The notes beneath the pieces are model-generated. The model ran no database searches. It had not been told where the DNA came from and worked only from the letters and a program-made list of their open reading frames with translations. A DNA stretch of 64,000 nucleotides from Nannocystis bainbridge (GTDB lineage: Bacteria; Myxococcota_A; Polyangia; Nannocystales; Nannocystaceae). The translations under genes and the position numbers were made by a program. Positions within the stretch are counted from its first letter, which is position 1; each line of letters starts with the position of its first letter. Below are positions 10,290 through 20,961 of the stretch, one piece after another. The stretch spans positions 1,856,001 through 1,920,000 of the forward strand of contig NZ_JAQNDL010000002.1 in the NCBI RefSeq assembly GCF_028368995.1, in the 5' to 3' direction.

Positions 10290-11351
10290 ATGCTGGCGAT
10301 GCGCCCCGTGCTCCGCGCTCTCGGCCTGTGGCTCGCCGTCGTGACGATCTTCGTCGGCAAGACCTGGGCCTCGTCGCAGCTGATCGCCCGGCCCTTGCCG
10401 CTCGCCGACATCGTCGTCGCCGAGCTGCTGACCTTCGGCCCGTGGCTGGCCCTGGCGCCGCTCGCTCTGCTGGCCGCGCGGCGCTTCCCCCTGGTCGGGC
10501 CCGGCCGCGCCCGCCACCTCGCCGTCCTCCTCGTAATCGGCGTCGGCCTCGCGCTGCTCCACGTCGTGCTCGCGGTGCTGCTCGTCGCCTTGCTCGCCGG
10601 CGCGTGGCCCTCGCTCGGCGCGCTGCTCGAGCAAGTCCGCCACGCCTTCGCGCGCGCCGCTGGCCCTCACCTGGTCGTCTATGCCGCCCTGGTCGCCGTC
10701 GCCCACGCGCTCGCGTTCCGCCGCGACGCCGAGGTCCGGGCCCGCCGCGCCGCCGCGCTCGAGGCCGCCCTGGCCCGCGCCGAGCGCGATCGCCTGCGCA
10801 TGCAGCTACACCCGCATTTCCTGTTTAACACCCTGCACGCCGTCTCCGCGCTGATGAGCCGCGACGTCGCCGGCGCGCGGCGCATGATCGCCGGCCTCAG
10901 CGAGCTGCTGCGGGTCGCGCTCGACGACGACGACGACGACGTGCCGCTCGCGCGCGAGCTCGAGATCCTGGGCCTCTACCTCGAGATCCAGCAGACCCGC
11001 TTCGCCGAGAGGCTGACGATCACGCTCGACGTCGACCCGGAGGCCCGCGCGGCGCGGGTGCCCAAGCTGCTGCTGCAGCCGCTGGTCGAGAACGCGATCC
11101 GCCACGGCATCGAGCCGCGGGCGGGCGGCGGCGCGCTCGGCCTCGAGGCCCGCCGCCGCGGCGATCGCCTGCAGCTCACCCTGCACGACGACGGCGCCGG
11201 CCTGGCCCCCGTCGCGCGCGAGGGTGTCGGCCTCGGCAACACCCGCGCGCGGCTCGAGAAGTCGTACCCCGGCGATCACCGGTTCTCGCTCGCGCCCCGC
11301 CCCGGCGGCGGCGTGGTGGCCACCATCGACCTGCCGTTTCGCCGCGGCTAA
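10290..11351 (+). CDS. LytS/YehU-family membrane sensor histidine kinase
   Basis: N-terminal TM segments; motifs QLHPHFLFNTL, LLQPLVENAIRHG, DDGAG and GVGLGN. Confidence 0.93.
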   Translation: MLAMRPVLRALGLWLAVVTIFVGKTWASSQLIARPLPLADIVVAELLTFGPWLALAPLALLAARRFPLVGPGRARHLAVLLVIGVGLALLHVVLAVLLVALLAGAWPSLGALLEQVRHAFARAAGPHLVVYAALVAVAHALAFRRDAEVRARRAAALEAALARAERDRLRMQLHPHFLFNTLHAVSALMSRDVAGARRMIAGLSELLRVALDDDDDDVPLARELEILGLYLEIQQTRFAERLTITLDVDPEARAARVPKLLLQPLVENAIRHGIEPRAGGGALGLEARRRGDRLQLTLHDDGAGLAPVAREGVGLGNTRARLEKSYPGDHRFSLAPRPGGGVVATIDLPFRRG

Positions 11352-11367
11352 CCTCGACGCAGAGCCG

Positions 11368-12114
11368 ATGACCATCCGGGCGCTGATCGTCGATGACGAG
11401 CCGCTCGCGCGCGACCTCCTGCGCGAGATGCTGGCCGCGCACCCGCGCGTGGCCGTGGTCGGCGAGTGCCGCAGCGGCGCCGAGGCCGTGCGCGCGATCG
11501 ACCGGCTCGCCCCCGACGTCGTGTTCCTCGACGTGCAGATGCCGGAGATGAGCGGCTTCGAGGTCGTCGCGGCCGTCGGCGCCGCGCGCATGCCGAGGGT
11601 CGTGTTCGTCACCGCCCACGACCGCTACGCCGTGCAGGCCTTCGAGGTCCACGCGCTCGACTACCTGCTCAAGCCGTTCGACGACGCGCGCCTGGCCCGC
11701 GCGGTCGCCCGCCTCGACGCCGCCGGCGACGGCCTGGGCGCCCGCCTGGCCGCCCTGCTGGCCGAGCGCGCGCCGGCGCGGCCCGAGCGGCTGGTGATCC
11801 ACGACGGCGGCCGCGCGGTGTTCGTTCCGCTGGCCGAGGTCGACTGGATCGAGGCCGCGGGCAAGTACGTGGTCGTGCACGCCGGCGCCGCCAGCCACGT
11901 CCTGCGCGAGTCGATCTCGACCCTCGAGGCCGAGCTGGACCCGCGCCGGTTCGCCCGCATCCATCGCTCCACGATCGTGCGCGTCGAGCAGATCCACGCG
12001 GTCGAGACCCTGCTCGGCGGCGACTACGAGGTGGTCCTCCGCGACGGCACCCGCCTCACCACCAGCCGCGGCCACCGCCACCGCGTCCAGGCCCTGCTCG
12101 GCCGCCGCGGCTGA
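11368..12114 (+). CDS. LytTR-family response regulator
   Basis: Receiver motifs IVDDE, FLDVQMP and LLKP; LytTR motif FARIHRSTIV. Confidence 0.95.
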   Translation: MTIRALIVDDEPLARDLLREMLAAHPRVAVVGECRSGAEAVRAIDRLAPDVVFLDVQMPEMSGFEVVAAVGAARMPRVVFVTAHDRYAVQAFEVHALDYLLKPFDDARLARAVARLDAAGDGLGARLAALLAERAPARPERLVIHDGGRAVFVPLAEVDWIEAAGKYVVVHAGAASHVLRESISTLEAELDPRRFARIHRSTIVRVEQIHAVETLLGGDYEVVLRDGTRLTTSRGHRHRVQALLGRRG

Positions 12115-12273
12115 ACCACGCCGCGAACTCCAGCCTCACGCGGCGCATCCAATCCCTGCGGCCGGCTCGCTGGCGTCACCGACGAACTCCTCGGGCTCGG
12201 CCGCCTGACCTTCGGCCGCTCGCGGCGCAGTGACACGAGTCCTGTCTGCTCCGCGTCGTGCGGCGCAGACGGT

Positions 12274-12364
12274 CGACATGCCCGCGAAGACATGTCCATC
12301 GCGCAATGTCGCAACAGACATGTCCCCGATGACATGCCCCTCGAGACATGCCCCCGGGGACACC
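12274..12364. repeat. 14-bp-period palindrome array (array 2)
   Basis: Junctions at 12277 CATG, 12291 CATG, 12305 AATG, 12319 CATG, 12333 CATG, 12347 CATG and 12361 CACC; lies between convergent genes. Confidence 0.9.
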
Positions 12365-12377
12365 TCGCTCGCGCCGC

Positions 12378-15300
12378 TCAGCGCGCCGCCGCGACGCTCG
12401 GCTGCCCCTTGGGGAAGCTCCCGTACGAGAACAGCGACGCCGGGGCGACCTCGACCACGTCGGCGATCTTCTTCAGCCCCGCGAGGTCGACGCGCTCGCG
12501 GTTGCCGACCAGGCTGACGACCGGCGGCACCGCGGCGAAGCTCGACGCGAAGCCCTGCAGCTGCTCCTGCGTCATCGCCCCGATGGTCTGCCACACCCAC
12601 GGGCGCGGGTCGGTCTTCTCACCCAGCTCGTCCCACGCGTGGACCATCCACCCGCTCGCGCGCGGATCGACGCGGCTGCTGCGGTACTCCTGCTCGATGG
12701 CGGCGCGGGTCGAGCCCAGGCGCACGCTGTCGAGCGGGCGGCCGAGCAGCTCGAAGAACACCTTGAGCGCCTCCGAGGTCTTGTCCGACTGCGTGCCGAG
12801 CCCGCCGCGCAGCGCCCACGCGTCGGTCGGCCGCGAGCCGGCGAACAGCACGCCCCACGCGTAGTAGACCAGCCCTCGCGACTCGCGCATCTCCTGGAAC
12901 AGCAGCGTGTTCATGCCGCCGCCGAGGTACTCGCTGAGCATGCGCGCCGCCGGCCGCTGCTCGCGGGCCAGCGCGGCCGACGGCAGCGCCACCGCGATCG
13001 TCGACTTGGCGACGTCGCGGTGGGTGAAGTAGAGCGTCGGCTTCGGCACCTTGCGGTAGGCCACCGGCGGGCGCTGCGGCAGCTTGCGGTGCTGCTTGCC
13101 GAGCGCCACGACCTTGGCCGCCTCGGGCGCGGCGCGCGGGCCGAAGTAGAGGGTCTTGTGCTGGTAGTCGACGAACTCGCGCGCCAGGTTGGCCAGCGCC
13201 GCGGGCTTGGCCCCGACGATCTGCGCGTTGGTGGGGGCCTGCAGGTACTCGCTGTCCTTGCCGTGGATCGCGTAGTCGGCCAGCGCGCCGGCCAGCTCGT
13301 CGGGATCCTCGAGCGCGTCGCGACGGGTGCTGATCACGTTGTCGGCGATCCCGCGCAGCACCACCGGATCGATCTTCACCTCGCGCAGCCAGCGATCGAC
13401 CAGCGCCAGGCTCTGCTCCATGTTGGCGTCGACGCCCTCGACGGTGATGGCGCTCTCGTGAGCGCCGCACGCGAACTCGACGTGGGTGCCGAGCGCGAAC
13501 AGCTTCTTCTTCAGCGCCTCGGCCGACAGCTCGCCGGCGCCCGACTGCTCGACCACGTCGAGCGCGTGGCACAGCATGCGCTCGCGCTTGTGCCCGCGCT
13601 CGAACCGGTAGGTCAGCGAGAACAGGTCGTTGCGGCCGTTCTGGACCGCCACCAGCGGCCCGCCCGGCAGCTCGGCGCGCACGTAGTGGGTGCCCTCGAC
13701 CAACCACTCAGGCTCGATCGGCTTGGCCGGCCGCTTCAGCGCCGCCTCGGCGAACTGGCTGTGCCGCTCGGGGTGCAGCTCGACCGGCGTCAGCGCCGGC
13801 TTGTCGATCTTGGCCACCTCGGGCTTGCCGGCCTTCCGATGCACGGCGCTGAAGTTGGCGCCGAGGTACTTGTTGGCGACGCGCACGACGTCGTCGCGGG
13901 TGACCTCGCGGATCTTGCGATCGCGGGCGACCACGTCCTGCCACGCGCGGCCCTCGACGAACGCGTCGGCCATCTTGTGCGCGCGGAAGCTGTTGCTCTC
14001 GCGGGCGCGCTTGTCGGCGATGTCCTGGTTGAGCACGATCGCCGCCACGTCCTCGGCCGTGAACTCGCCGCGCTTGAGCTTGGCGACCACGCCCAGCAGC
14101 AGCGCCTCGACCTCGGCGTGGGTCTGGCCCTCGCGCAGCTGGGCGCGCGTCATGAACCACCCGGACTCGTGCAGGAACGTGCTGCTGGCCCCGGCCGACG
14201 GCACCTTCTGGCTCAGCTCGAGCTCGACGTTGAGCAGGCCGCTGGTGCTGTTGTCCATCAACCAGTCCATCACCGTCAGCGCCGGCTCGTCGGCGTGATC
14301 GGACGCGGTGGTCTGCCAGGCCAGCGCGACCTCCTGCTCACCCTCGGCGATCACGTCGGCCTGCACCCGCGCGGCGATCGGCTGCAGCGAGCCCGGATCG
14401 AGCTTGTCGAGCGCCCGCGGCTCGAGCTTGCCCAGCGCCTGCTCGAGCTTCGGCAGCGCGGTCGCGGCGTCGATGTCGCCGGCCAGCACGATCGCCATGT
14501 TGTTCGGCACGTACCAGCGGCCGAAGTAGTCGACCATGTCCTGATATGCCGGGACCTTGAGGTGCTCGATCTCGCCGATCGTCGTCTGCGTGCCGTAGGG
14601 GTGGCGCGGGAACAGATTGCGCGTGGTCGCGAAGTAGGTCCGCGCCCACGGGTTGTCGAGCGAGAGGTTCTTCTCCTCGTAGACCGCCTCCATCTCGGTG
14701 GTGAACAGGCGGAACACCGGATCGGAGAACCGCTCGCCCTCGACGTCGGCCCACACGTCGAAGCGGTTGCTCGGCACGTCGACGATGTAGACGGTCTGGT
14801 CGAACGAGGTGAAGGCGTTGACGCCGAAGATCCCGAGCTCGGCGTAGACGCGGTCGAACTCGTTGGGGATAGCGGTGGCCGCGACCTTCTGGTTGGCGGC
14901 GTCGAGCTCGGCGAAGATCCGCTGGCGCTCGGCCGGATCTTTGGTCGCCCGCAGATCGCGGTACAGCTGCTCGATGCGGGCCAGGTGCGGCGCCTCGGCG
15001 GCGTGGTCGAGGGTGCCGAGCTCGTCGGTGCCCTTGAAGAGCATGTGCTCGAGGTAGTGCGCGAGCCCGGTCGAGCTCGCCGGATCGGAGCGGCTGCCGG
15101 CGCGCACGGCGATCCAGGCGTCGAAGCGCGGCTTCTGCCGATCGGTGCTGATGTACACGGTCATGCCGTTGCTCAGCCGGTGCACCGAGACGGCCAGCGG
15201 ATCGCCCGCCAGCGCGGCGTGGGTCGGCGGCAGCGCGGAGGCGGCGAGGATGGCGTCGCGGGCCGCCGGAGCGCCGGCGGCCGCGGTCTCGCCGGGCGGC

Positions 15301-15383
15301 GTGGAGGTCGTGGAAGCGGCGGTCTTGCAGCCGACGGCGGCGAGGACAAAGGCGCCGAACAGGCGCGAGGCGAACGTGGACAT
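12378..15383 (-). CDS. M16 (insulinase/pitrilysin) zinc protease lipoprotein
   Basis: Lipobox LAAVGC; GLAHYLEHMLFKG (HxxEH), NAFTSFDQT and a second M16 half with EMRESRGLVY. Confidence 0.95.
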   Translation of the reverse strand: MSTFASRLFGAFVLAAVGCKTAASTTSTPPGETAAAGAPAARDAILAASALPPTHAALAGDPLAVSVHRLSNGMTVYISTDRQKPRFDAWIAVRAGSRSDPASSTGLAHYLEHMLFKGTDELGTLDHAAEAPHLARIEQLYRDLRATKDPAERQRIFAELDAANQKVAATAIPNEFDRVYAELGIFGVNAFTSFDQTVYIVDVPSNRFDVWADVEGERFSDPVFRLFTTEMEAVYEEKNLSLDNPWARTYFATTRNLFPRHPYGTQTTIGEIEHLKVPAYQDMVDYFGRWYVPNNMAIVLAGDIDAATALPKLEQALGKLEPRALDKLDPGSLQPIAARVQADVIAEGEQEVALAWQTTASDHADEPALTVMDWLMDNSTSGLLNVELELSQKVPSAGASSTFLHESGWFMTRAQLREGQTHAEVEALLLGVVAKLKRGEFTAEDVAAIVLNQDIADKRARESNSFRAHKMADAFVEGRAWQDVVARDRKIREVTRDDVVRVANKYLGANFSAVHRKAGKPEVAKIDKPALTPVELHPERHSQFAEAALKRPAKPIEPEWLVEGTHYVRAELPGGPLVAVQNGRNDLFSLTYRFERGHKRERMLCHALDVVEQSGAGELSAEALKKKLFALGTHVEFACGAHESAITVEGVDANMEQSLALVDRWLREVKIDPVVLRGIADNVISTRRDALEDPDELAGALADYAIHGKDSEYLQAPTNAQIVGAKPAALANLAREFVDYQHKTLYFGPRAAPEAAKVVALGKQHRKLPQRPPVAYRKVPKPTLYFTHRDVAKSTIAVALPSAALAREQRPAARMLSEYLGGGMNTLLFQEMRESRGLVYYAWGVLFAGSRPTDAWALRGGLGTQSDKTSEALKVFFELLGRPLDSVRLGSTRAAIEQEYRSSRVDPRASGWMVHAWDELGEKTDPRPWVWQTIGAMTQEQLQGFASSFAAVPPVVSLVGNRERVDLAGLKKIADVVEVAPASLFSYGSFPKGQPSVAAAR

Positions 15384-15536
15384 CGATGCGATCCGGTGCG
15401 GGAGCGCCCAATCTTACGCCGCCGCGATCGTGGTCACGCCCGGCTCGCGCCGCGCGAACATGGTTCGAGGCCGCGGCGCGGCGAGACGTCGATCACGCCC
15501 TGCGCGGCGATCCGCGGGCCGGCGCGGGCGCCGGCG

Positions 15537-15938
15537 TCAGTTGGGCATCGGCACCGGACCCGACGCCGGGCGGGTGCCGCGGCGGCGCACGACCGGACCG
15601 GCGTGGTGGTGCACCATCTTCCAGTCGCCGTCCTCGCGCACGAACACGTTGGTGGCCACCAGCTCGGTGTCGCCGATCGTCTGGGCGCAGATGACGTAGC
15701 CCATGTCCTCGCCCGGGTACGCCTCGGCGGCGCCGTACTCGATCTCCCGCGGCGCCGAGCCGGCCAGGATCGCCTGCCAGCTCTCCATGATCTCCTCGCG
15801 CTCGACCAGCGGGGTCCAGCCCGGATGCACGCACGTCACCGGCACCGCCCGCGCCCACACGTCGTCCATCGCGCCCAGGTCGGCGCTAGAGAAGGCCTCG
15901 TAGAACCTACGGTTGGCGGCCAGCAGCGCGTCGCTCAT
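15537..15938 (-). CDS. NTF2/SnoaL-like domain protein
   Basis: Motifs ANRRFYEAF, CVHPGW, ATNVF and WKMVHHH. Confidence 0.85.
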   Translation of the reverse strand: MSDALLAANRRFYEAFSSADLGAMDDVWARAVPVTCVHPGWTPLVEREEIMESWQAILAGSAPREIEYGAAEAYPGEDMGYVICAQTIGDTELVATNVFVREDGDWKMVHHHAGPVVRRRGTRPASGPVPMPN

Positions 15939-16016
15939 CTGCGGCAGATATAGCAGCCGCCGTCGCCGACGGCTCGCGCCGAACATCGCTCGTCCCGGGA
16001 CGGATCGAGCGCGCCG

Positions 16017-17181
<1,165 letters not shown>

Positions 17182-17189
<8 letters not shown>

Positions 17190-17736
17190 CGGGCAGCACC
17201 TCGGCGCGCACGTCCGCGGCGCGCCTGCTCTGGAACTCGCGCAGCGCCTCGGCCAGCGCCGGGCGGGCCAGCGCCAGCACCCGGATCGCCTGCAGCGCGG
17301 CGTTGTAGGCCCCGGCGGGGCCGATCGCCAGGGTCCCGACCGGCACGCCGCGGGGCATCTGCACGATCGACAGCAGCGAGTCGAGGCCCTGCAGCGCCGA
17401 GGTCTGGATCGGCACCCCGAACACCGGCAGGCGCGTCTCCGCGGCCACCATGCCCGGAAGGTGGGCGGCCCCGCCCGCGCCGGCGACGATCACCGCCAGC
17501 CCGCGCGCCTCGGCCGTGCGCGCGTACTCGGCCAGCCACTCGGGCGTACGGTGGGCCGAGACCACGCGGCACTCGTGCGGCACGCCGAATTGCTTCAGCA
17601 CCCCCGCGGCCTCGCGCATCGTCTCCCAGTCGGAGCGGCTGCCCATGATCACGCCGACGAGCGGTGGCTCGTCGCCGCTCGATCGGCTCGGTTCGACAGG
17701 GCTCGCTCGCTCGCCAGCCGGGTCCCCTGCGCTCAT
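17182..17736 (-). CDS. purE: N5-CAIR mutase
   Basis: [24 protein letters not shown] and [10 protein letters not shown]. Confidence 0.97.
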
Positions 17737-17794
17737 GGGCGGATTATCCCGATCTGGTGGAACACGACAACAAAAACTCGTGTACCTGGCCCTG

Positions 17795-18442
17795 ATGGCG
17801 AGAATTTCCGCGTTCGTGGCCGCTTGCCTGGTGTTCTTGCTGGCCAGCGAGGCCGGCGCGGAGCTCGAACCGAAGCGCAAGGGGCTGCAGGTCGATGTCG
17901 CGGGCGGCCTGTCCTTTTGCATGCCGGGCGGCGCGGCGCGGTGTAAGCGCGTCGACGGCGTCGTCGCCCCGCACGCCGGCGGCGTCGTCACCGTCGGCTA
18001 TCGGTTCCGCCCGTGGCTGCTGGCCGGCCTTTCGTACGAATTCGGGCTGCTGCGGCCGTCGTACACCGACATCCTCGGCGGCCGCCAGCTCTACGGCCCC
18101 GCCCGCCACCAGGGCCTGTTCGGCGTCGTGCGCACGGGCGTCGACATCGGCCGCATCGATCTCGGGCTCGAAGTCGGCCTCGGCTACTCGCAGCAGGTCG
18201 CTACCTACGTCCTCGACGAATTCCGCGGTCAGCGCTACGGCACGCTCGGGTTCGCGGCCCGCGTCACGCCGCTGCTCGCCGTCTACCTCACCCGTCGCGT
18301 CTACATGGGCCTGCGCTGGGACGTGACCCTGAACTTCCACCGCAGCCCGGCGTGCAGCCCCGGGCGCTGTGACGGCCCCGTGCGCGCGCCCGCGTTCGGC
18401 CACCACTCCCTGCTCGGCCTGATGGTCGGCGTCACGATCTGA
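17795..18442 (+). CDS. Small outer-membrane beta-barrel protein (OMP_b-brl-like)
   Basis: Signal peptide, alternating hydrophobic strands and two Cys pairs; paralogous to the next gene. Confidence 0.7.
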   Translation: MARISAFVAACLVFLLASEAGAELEPKRKGLQVDVAGGLSFCMPGGAARCKRVDGVVAPHAGGVVTVGYRFRPWLLAGLSYEFGLLRPSYTDILGGRQLYGPARHQGLFGVVRTGVDIGRIDLGLEVGLGYSQQVATYVLDEFRGQRYGTLGFAARVTPLLAVYLTRRVYMGLRWDVTLNFHRSPACSPGRCDGPVRAPAFGHHSLLGLMVGVTI

Positions 18443-18528
18443 GCGGCTTCCGCGCGATTTCACCCGCGCGCGCATGCTCGATCGGCCGGCGCCTTGCGCC
18501 GTCGCCGACTGCCTCACAGAACACCCGC

Positions 18529-19194
18529 ATGACCCCTGCCCGGTTCGTCCTCTGCGCCCTTGCCGCGACCCTCACCCTCAGCGTGGCCACTGCCGTCCAG
18601 GCCGCGGACGTGAAGCGTCGCGGCGGGCAGGCCGAGATGATGATCGGCGGATCGCTGTGCATCCCGAGCCAGGCCGGCTGCAAGTCGACCGACGAGATCG
18701 CCGGCCGCACCATGCCTTCGTTCGGCATGGGCTTCACGCTCGGCTTCCGCCCGCTCCGCGCCCTCATGATCGGCGCCGCCTACAACGTCGGCTTCTTCAA
18801 CGCCGACTATCAGACCGCCAGCACCGACGCCTACCGGGCCTCGTACCAGAACAGCTTCTTCGCGGTGATCCGCGGCATCCTGCCGATCTGGCGCCTCGAC
18901 CTCGGGCTCGAGATCGGCCCCGGCTTCTCGCGCCAGGTGTTCAACGCCCGCGGCGGCGTGCTGCCGTACGATCGCCAGTATTCGCAGGGCTTCGCCCTCA
19001 AGACCGCGCCCTCGATCGACTTCTTCGTCACCCGCCAGTTCTTCATCGGCGGCAAGGTCGACTTCATCTGGAATTTCCACCGCGAGGTCTGCACCGCCGA
19101 CGGCGGCAACCGGGCCTGCTTCAAGCGCGACGACAACGATCAGGCCAGCGTCCACCAGATGATCGTCGGCTTCCACCTCGGCACCACCTTCTGA
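18529..19194 (+). CDS. Small outer-membrane beta-barrel protein (OMP_b-brl-like)
   Basis: Signal peptide ending AVQA, amphipathic strands and C-terminal HLGTTF. Confidence 0.75.
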   Translation: MTPARFVLCALAATLTLSVATAVQAADVKRRGGQAEMMIGGSLCIPSQAGCKSTDEIAGRTMPSFGMGFTLGFRPLRALMIGAAYNVGFFNADYQTASTDAYRASYQNSFFAVIRGILPIWRLDLGLEIGPGFSRQVFNARGGVLPYDRQYSQGFALKTAPSIDFFVTRQFFIGGKVDFIWNFHREVCTADGGNRACFKRDDNDQASVHQMIVGFHLGTTF

Positions 19195-19247
19195 AGTGAA
19201 GTGAAGCGACGCGCGGCGGGTCGGGCGCGCTGCTAAAGTCCGCCGGC

Positions 19248-20720
19248 ATGTGGACCCCGCCCGCCAAGATCCGCCACGCGATCCCGCCGGCGCGCTGGCC
19301 GAGCGCCGCGGAGGCGGCCGCCAGCCGGTGGTTTTCGCCGATCGACGTCGGCCCCTGTCGGCTGCACGCGCGCACCTGGGTCCCGGCGATGGTGCCGTGG
19401 CGGGCCTCCGACGACGGCCGCGTCACGCCCGACGTGATCGCCTGGTACGCGCGCTTCGCCGCCGGCGAGCCGGGCGCGCTGGTGGTCGAGGCCACGGGGA
19501 TCCGCGACGTCCCGAGCGGCCCCTTGCTGCGGATCGGCGACGACCGCTTCGTCGCCGGCCTGGCCGACCTGGTCGCCGCCGTGCGCGAGGCCAGCGGCGG
19601 CCGCACGCGCCTGTTCATCCAGCTGATCGATTTCCTCGCGGTCAAGCGCCGCCCCGCGCCCGACAAGTTCTTCGCCCGCTTCTTGCGCGTCGACGCCGGC
19701 CACCGCGAGCGCCTCGCCGCCGCCCTCGCCGACGACCGCTGGCTGGCCGCGCCCGAGGCCGAGCTGCGCGCGTTTCTCCTGGCTGCCGAGACAGGTCTCT
19801 TGGAGCAGGTCCTCACGGACAGGGAGCGACGCGAGCTCGAGTTCGGCTACCGCGAGCTGGTGACCGACCTCGACCTGCCGCACGTGCGCGACCTGCCGCG
19901 GGTGCTGCCCGAGCTGTTCGCCGCGGCGGCTGCGCGGGCCGAGGCCGCCGGGTTCGACGGCGTCGAGCTGCACTACGCCCACGCCTACACGATGGCGAGC
20001 TTCCTCTCGCGCACCAACACCCGCGCTGACGGCTACGGCGGCACGCTCGCGGGTCGCGCTCGCCTGCCGCTCGAGGTGCTCGCGGCCGTGCGCGCGCGCG
20101 TCGGCGCCGGCACAGCGGTCGGCTGCCGCATGCTCGGCGACGAGGTCATCGCCGGCGGCAGCGACCTCGCCGACGCGGTCCAGTTCGCCCGCGACTTCGC
20201 GGCCGCCGGCATGGATTTCGTGAGCGTGTCCAAGGGCGGCAAGTTCGACGACGCCCACCCGCCCAAGGTCGGCGAGGCCGTCTACCCCTACACCGGCCCG
20301 AGCGGCTACGAGTGCATGCCCACGGTCCACAGCGACGCGCGCGGCCCGTTCGCGCGCAACGTCCCGCTCGCCGCCGCCATCCGGGCCGCCATCCGGGCCG
20401 ACGGCCGGATCACCCCCGTGGTCGCTGCCGGCGGGATCCACGAGTTCGGCCAGGCCGAGGCGATCCTCGCCGCCGGCGACGCCGACATCGTCGCCGCCGC
20501 CCGCCAGAGCCTCGCCGACCCCGACTGGTTTTTAAAGGTTCGCGAGGGCCGCGGCGCCGAGGTCCGCCGCTGCAAGTTCACCAACTACTGCGAGGCGCTC
20601 GACACCCAGCACAAGCAGGTCACCTGCCAGCTGTGGGACCGCGTCGAGCTCGACGAGCCCGGCCTGACCCGCTCGCACGACGGCAAGCGCCGGCTGGTCG
20701 CCCCGACCTGGCGGCGCTGA
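19248..20720 (+). CDS. NADH:flavin oxidoreductase (old yellow enzyme family)
   Basis: VVEATG, AGFDGVELHYAHAY, TNTRADGYGG and ARQSLADPDW, with a C-terminal Cys cluster. Confidence 0.9.
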   Translation: MWTPPAKIRHAIPPARWPSAAEAAASRWFSPIDVGPCRLHARTWVPAMVPWRASDDGRVTPDVIAWYARFAAGEPGALVVEATGIRDVPSGPLLRIGDDRFVAGLADLVAAVREASGGRTRLFIQLIDFLAVKRRPAPDKFFARFLRVDAGHRERLAAALADDRWLAAPEAELRAFLLAAETGLLEQVLTDRERRELEFGYRELVTDLDLPHVRDLPRVLPELFAAAAARAEAAGFDGVELHYAHAYTMASFLSRTNTRADGYGGTLAGRARLPLEVLAAVRARVGAGTAVGCRMLGDEVIAGGSDLADAVQFARDFAAAGMDFVSVSKGGKFDDAHPPKVGEAVYPYTGPSGYECMPTVHSDARGPFARNVPLAAAIRAAIRADGRITPVVAAGGIHEFGQAEAILAAGDADIVAAARQSLADPDWFLKVREGRGAEVRRCKFTNYCEALDTQHKQVTCQLWDRVELDEPGLTRSHDGKRRLVAPTWRR

Positions 20721-20944
20721 CCTGGCGCAGCGGACATGTCGCAAAGGACATTCCTGGAGCGCCAGCCCGGGCTGCCCCGCACGCCGCGAGGACCGGCTGG
20801 TCGCCCCGACGTGGCGGCGATGACCTGGCGCATCGGACATGCCGCAAAGGACATGCCCTGGAGCGCATGTCCGGTTCGACATGTCGTGAAGGACATCGAA
20901 CTTCGCAGGTCCGTGCTCTCGGAGGCTTCCTCGCGGACATGTCC
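20704..20944. repeat. 14-bp-period palindrome arrays (array 3) inside a tandem duplication of about 105-110 bp
   Basis: Junctions at 20707, 20721, 20735 and 20749, then 20810, 20824, 20838, 20852, 20866, 20880 and 20894. An extra GGACATGTCC sits at 20935-20944. Confidence 0.85.
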
Positions 20945-20961
20945 TGAGCCTCGGTCCCGGG

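Noticed and set aside
11368-12114. LytTR regulator as the binder of the adjacent array
   Set aside because: LytTR proteins bind direct repeats upstream of promoters, whereas this motif is palindromic, downstream of genes and window-wide.
12274-12364. 14-bp arrays as Csr/Rsm-type GGA-repeat sRNAs or simple terminator hairpins
   Set aside because: The motif is strand-symmetric, occurs mid-CDS on either strand, has GGA in the stem rather than the loop, and lacks U-tracts. An RNA role is not fully excluded, since a few loops are TTCG or GNRA-like.
12348-15953. Long antisense ORFs (e.g. 12348..15953 +, 36388..40626 +, 44388..47477 +, 49388..53731 -, 55203..59792 +)
   Set aside because: Shadow ORFs typical of high-GC DNA, overlapping well-supported genes and lacking recognisable motifs.
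20690-20866. Duplicated gene tail as a prophage att site or DGR template repeat
   Set aside because: No integrase or reverse transcriptase nearby, the copies are adjacent, and the differences are not adenine-specific.
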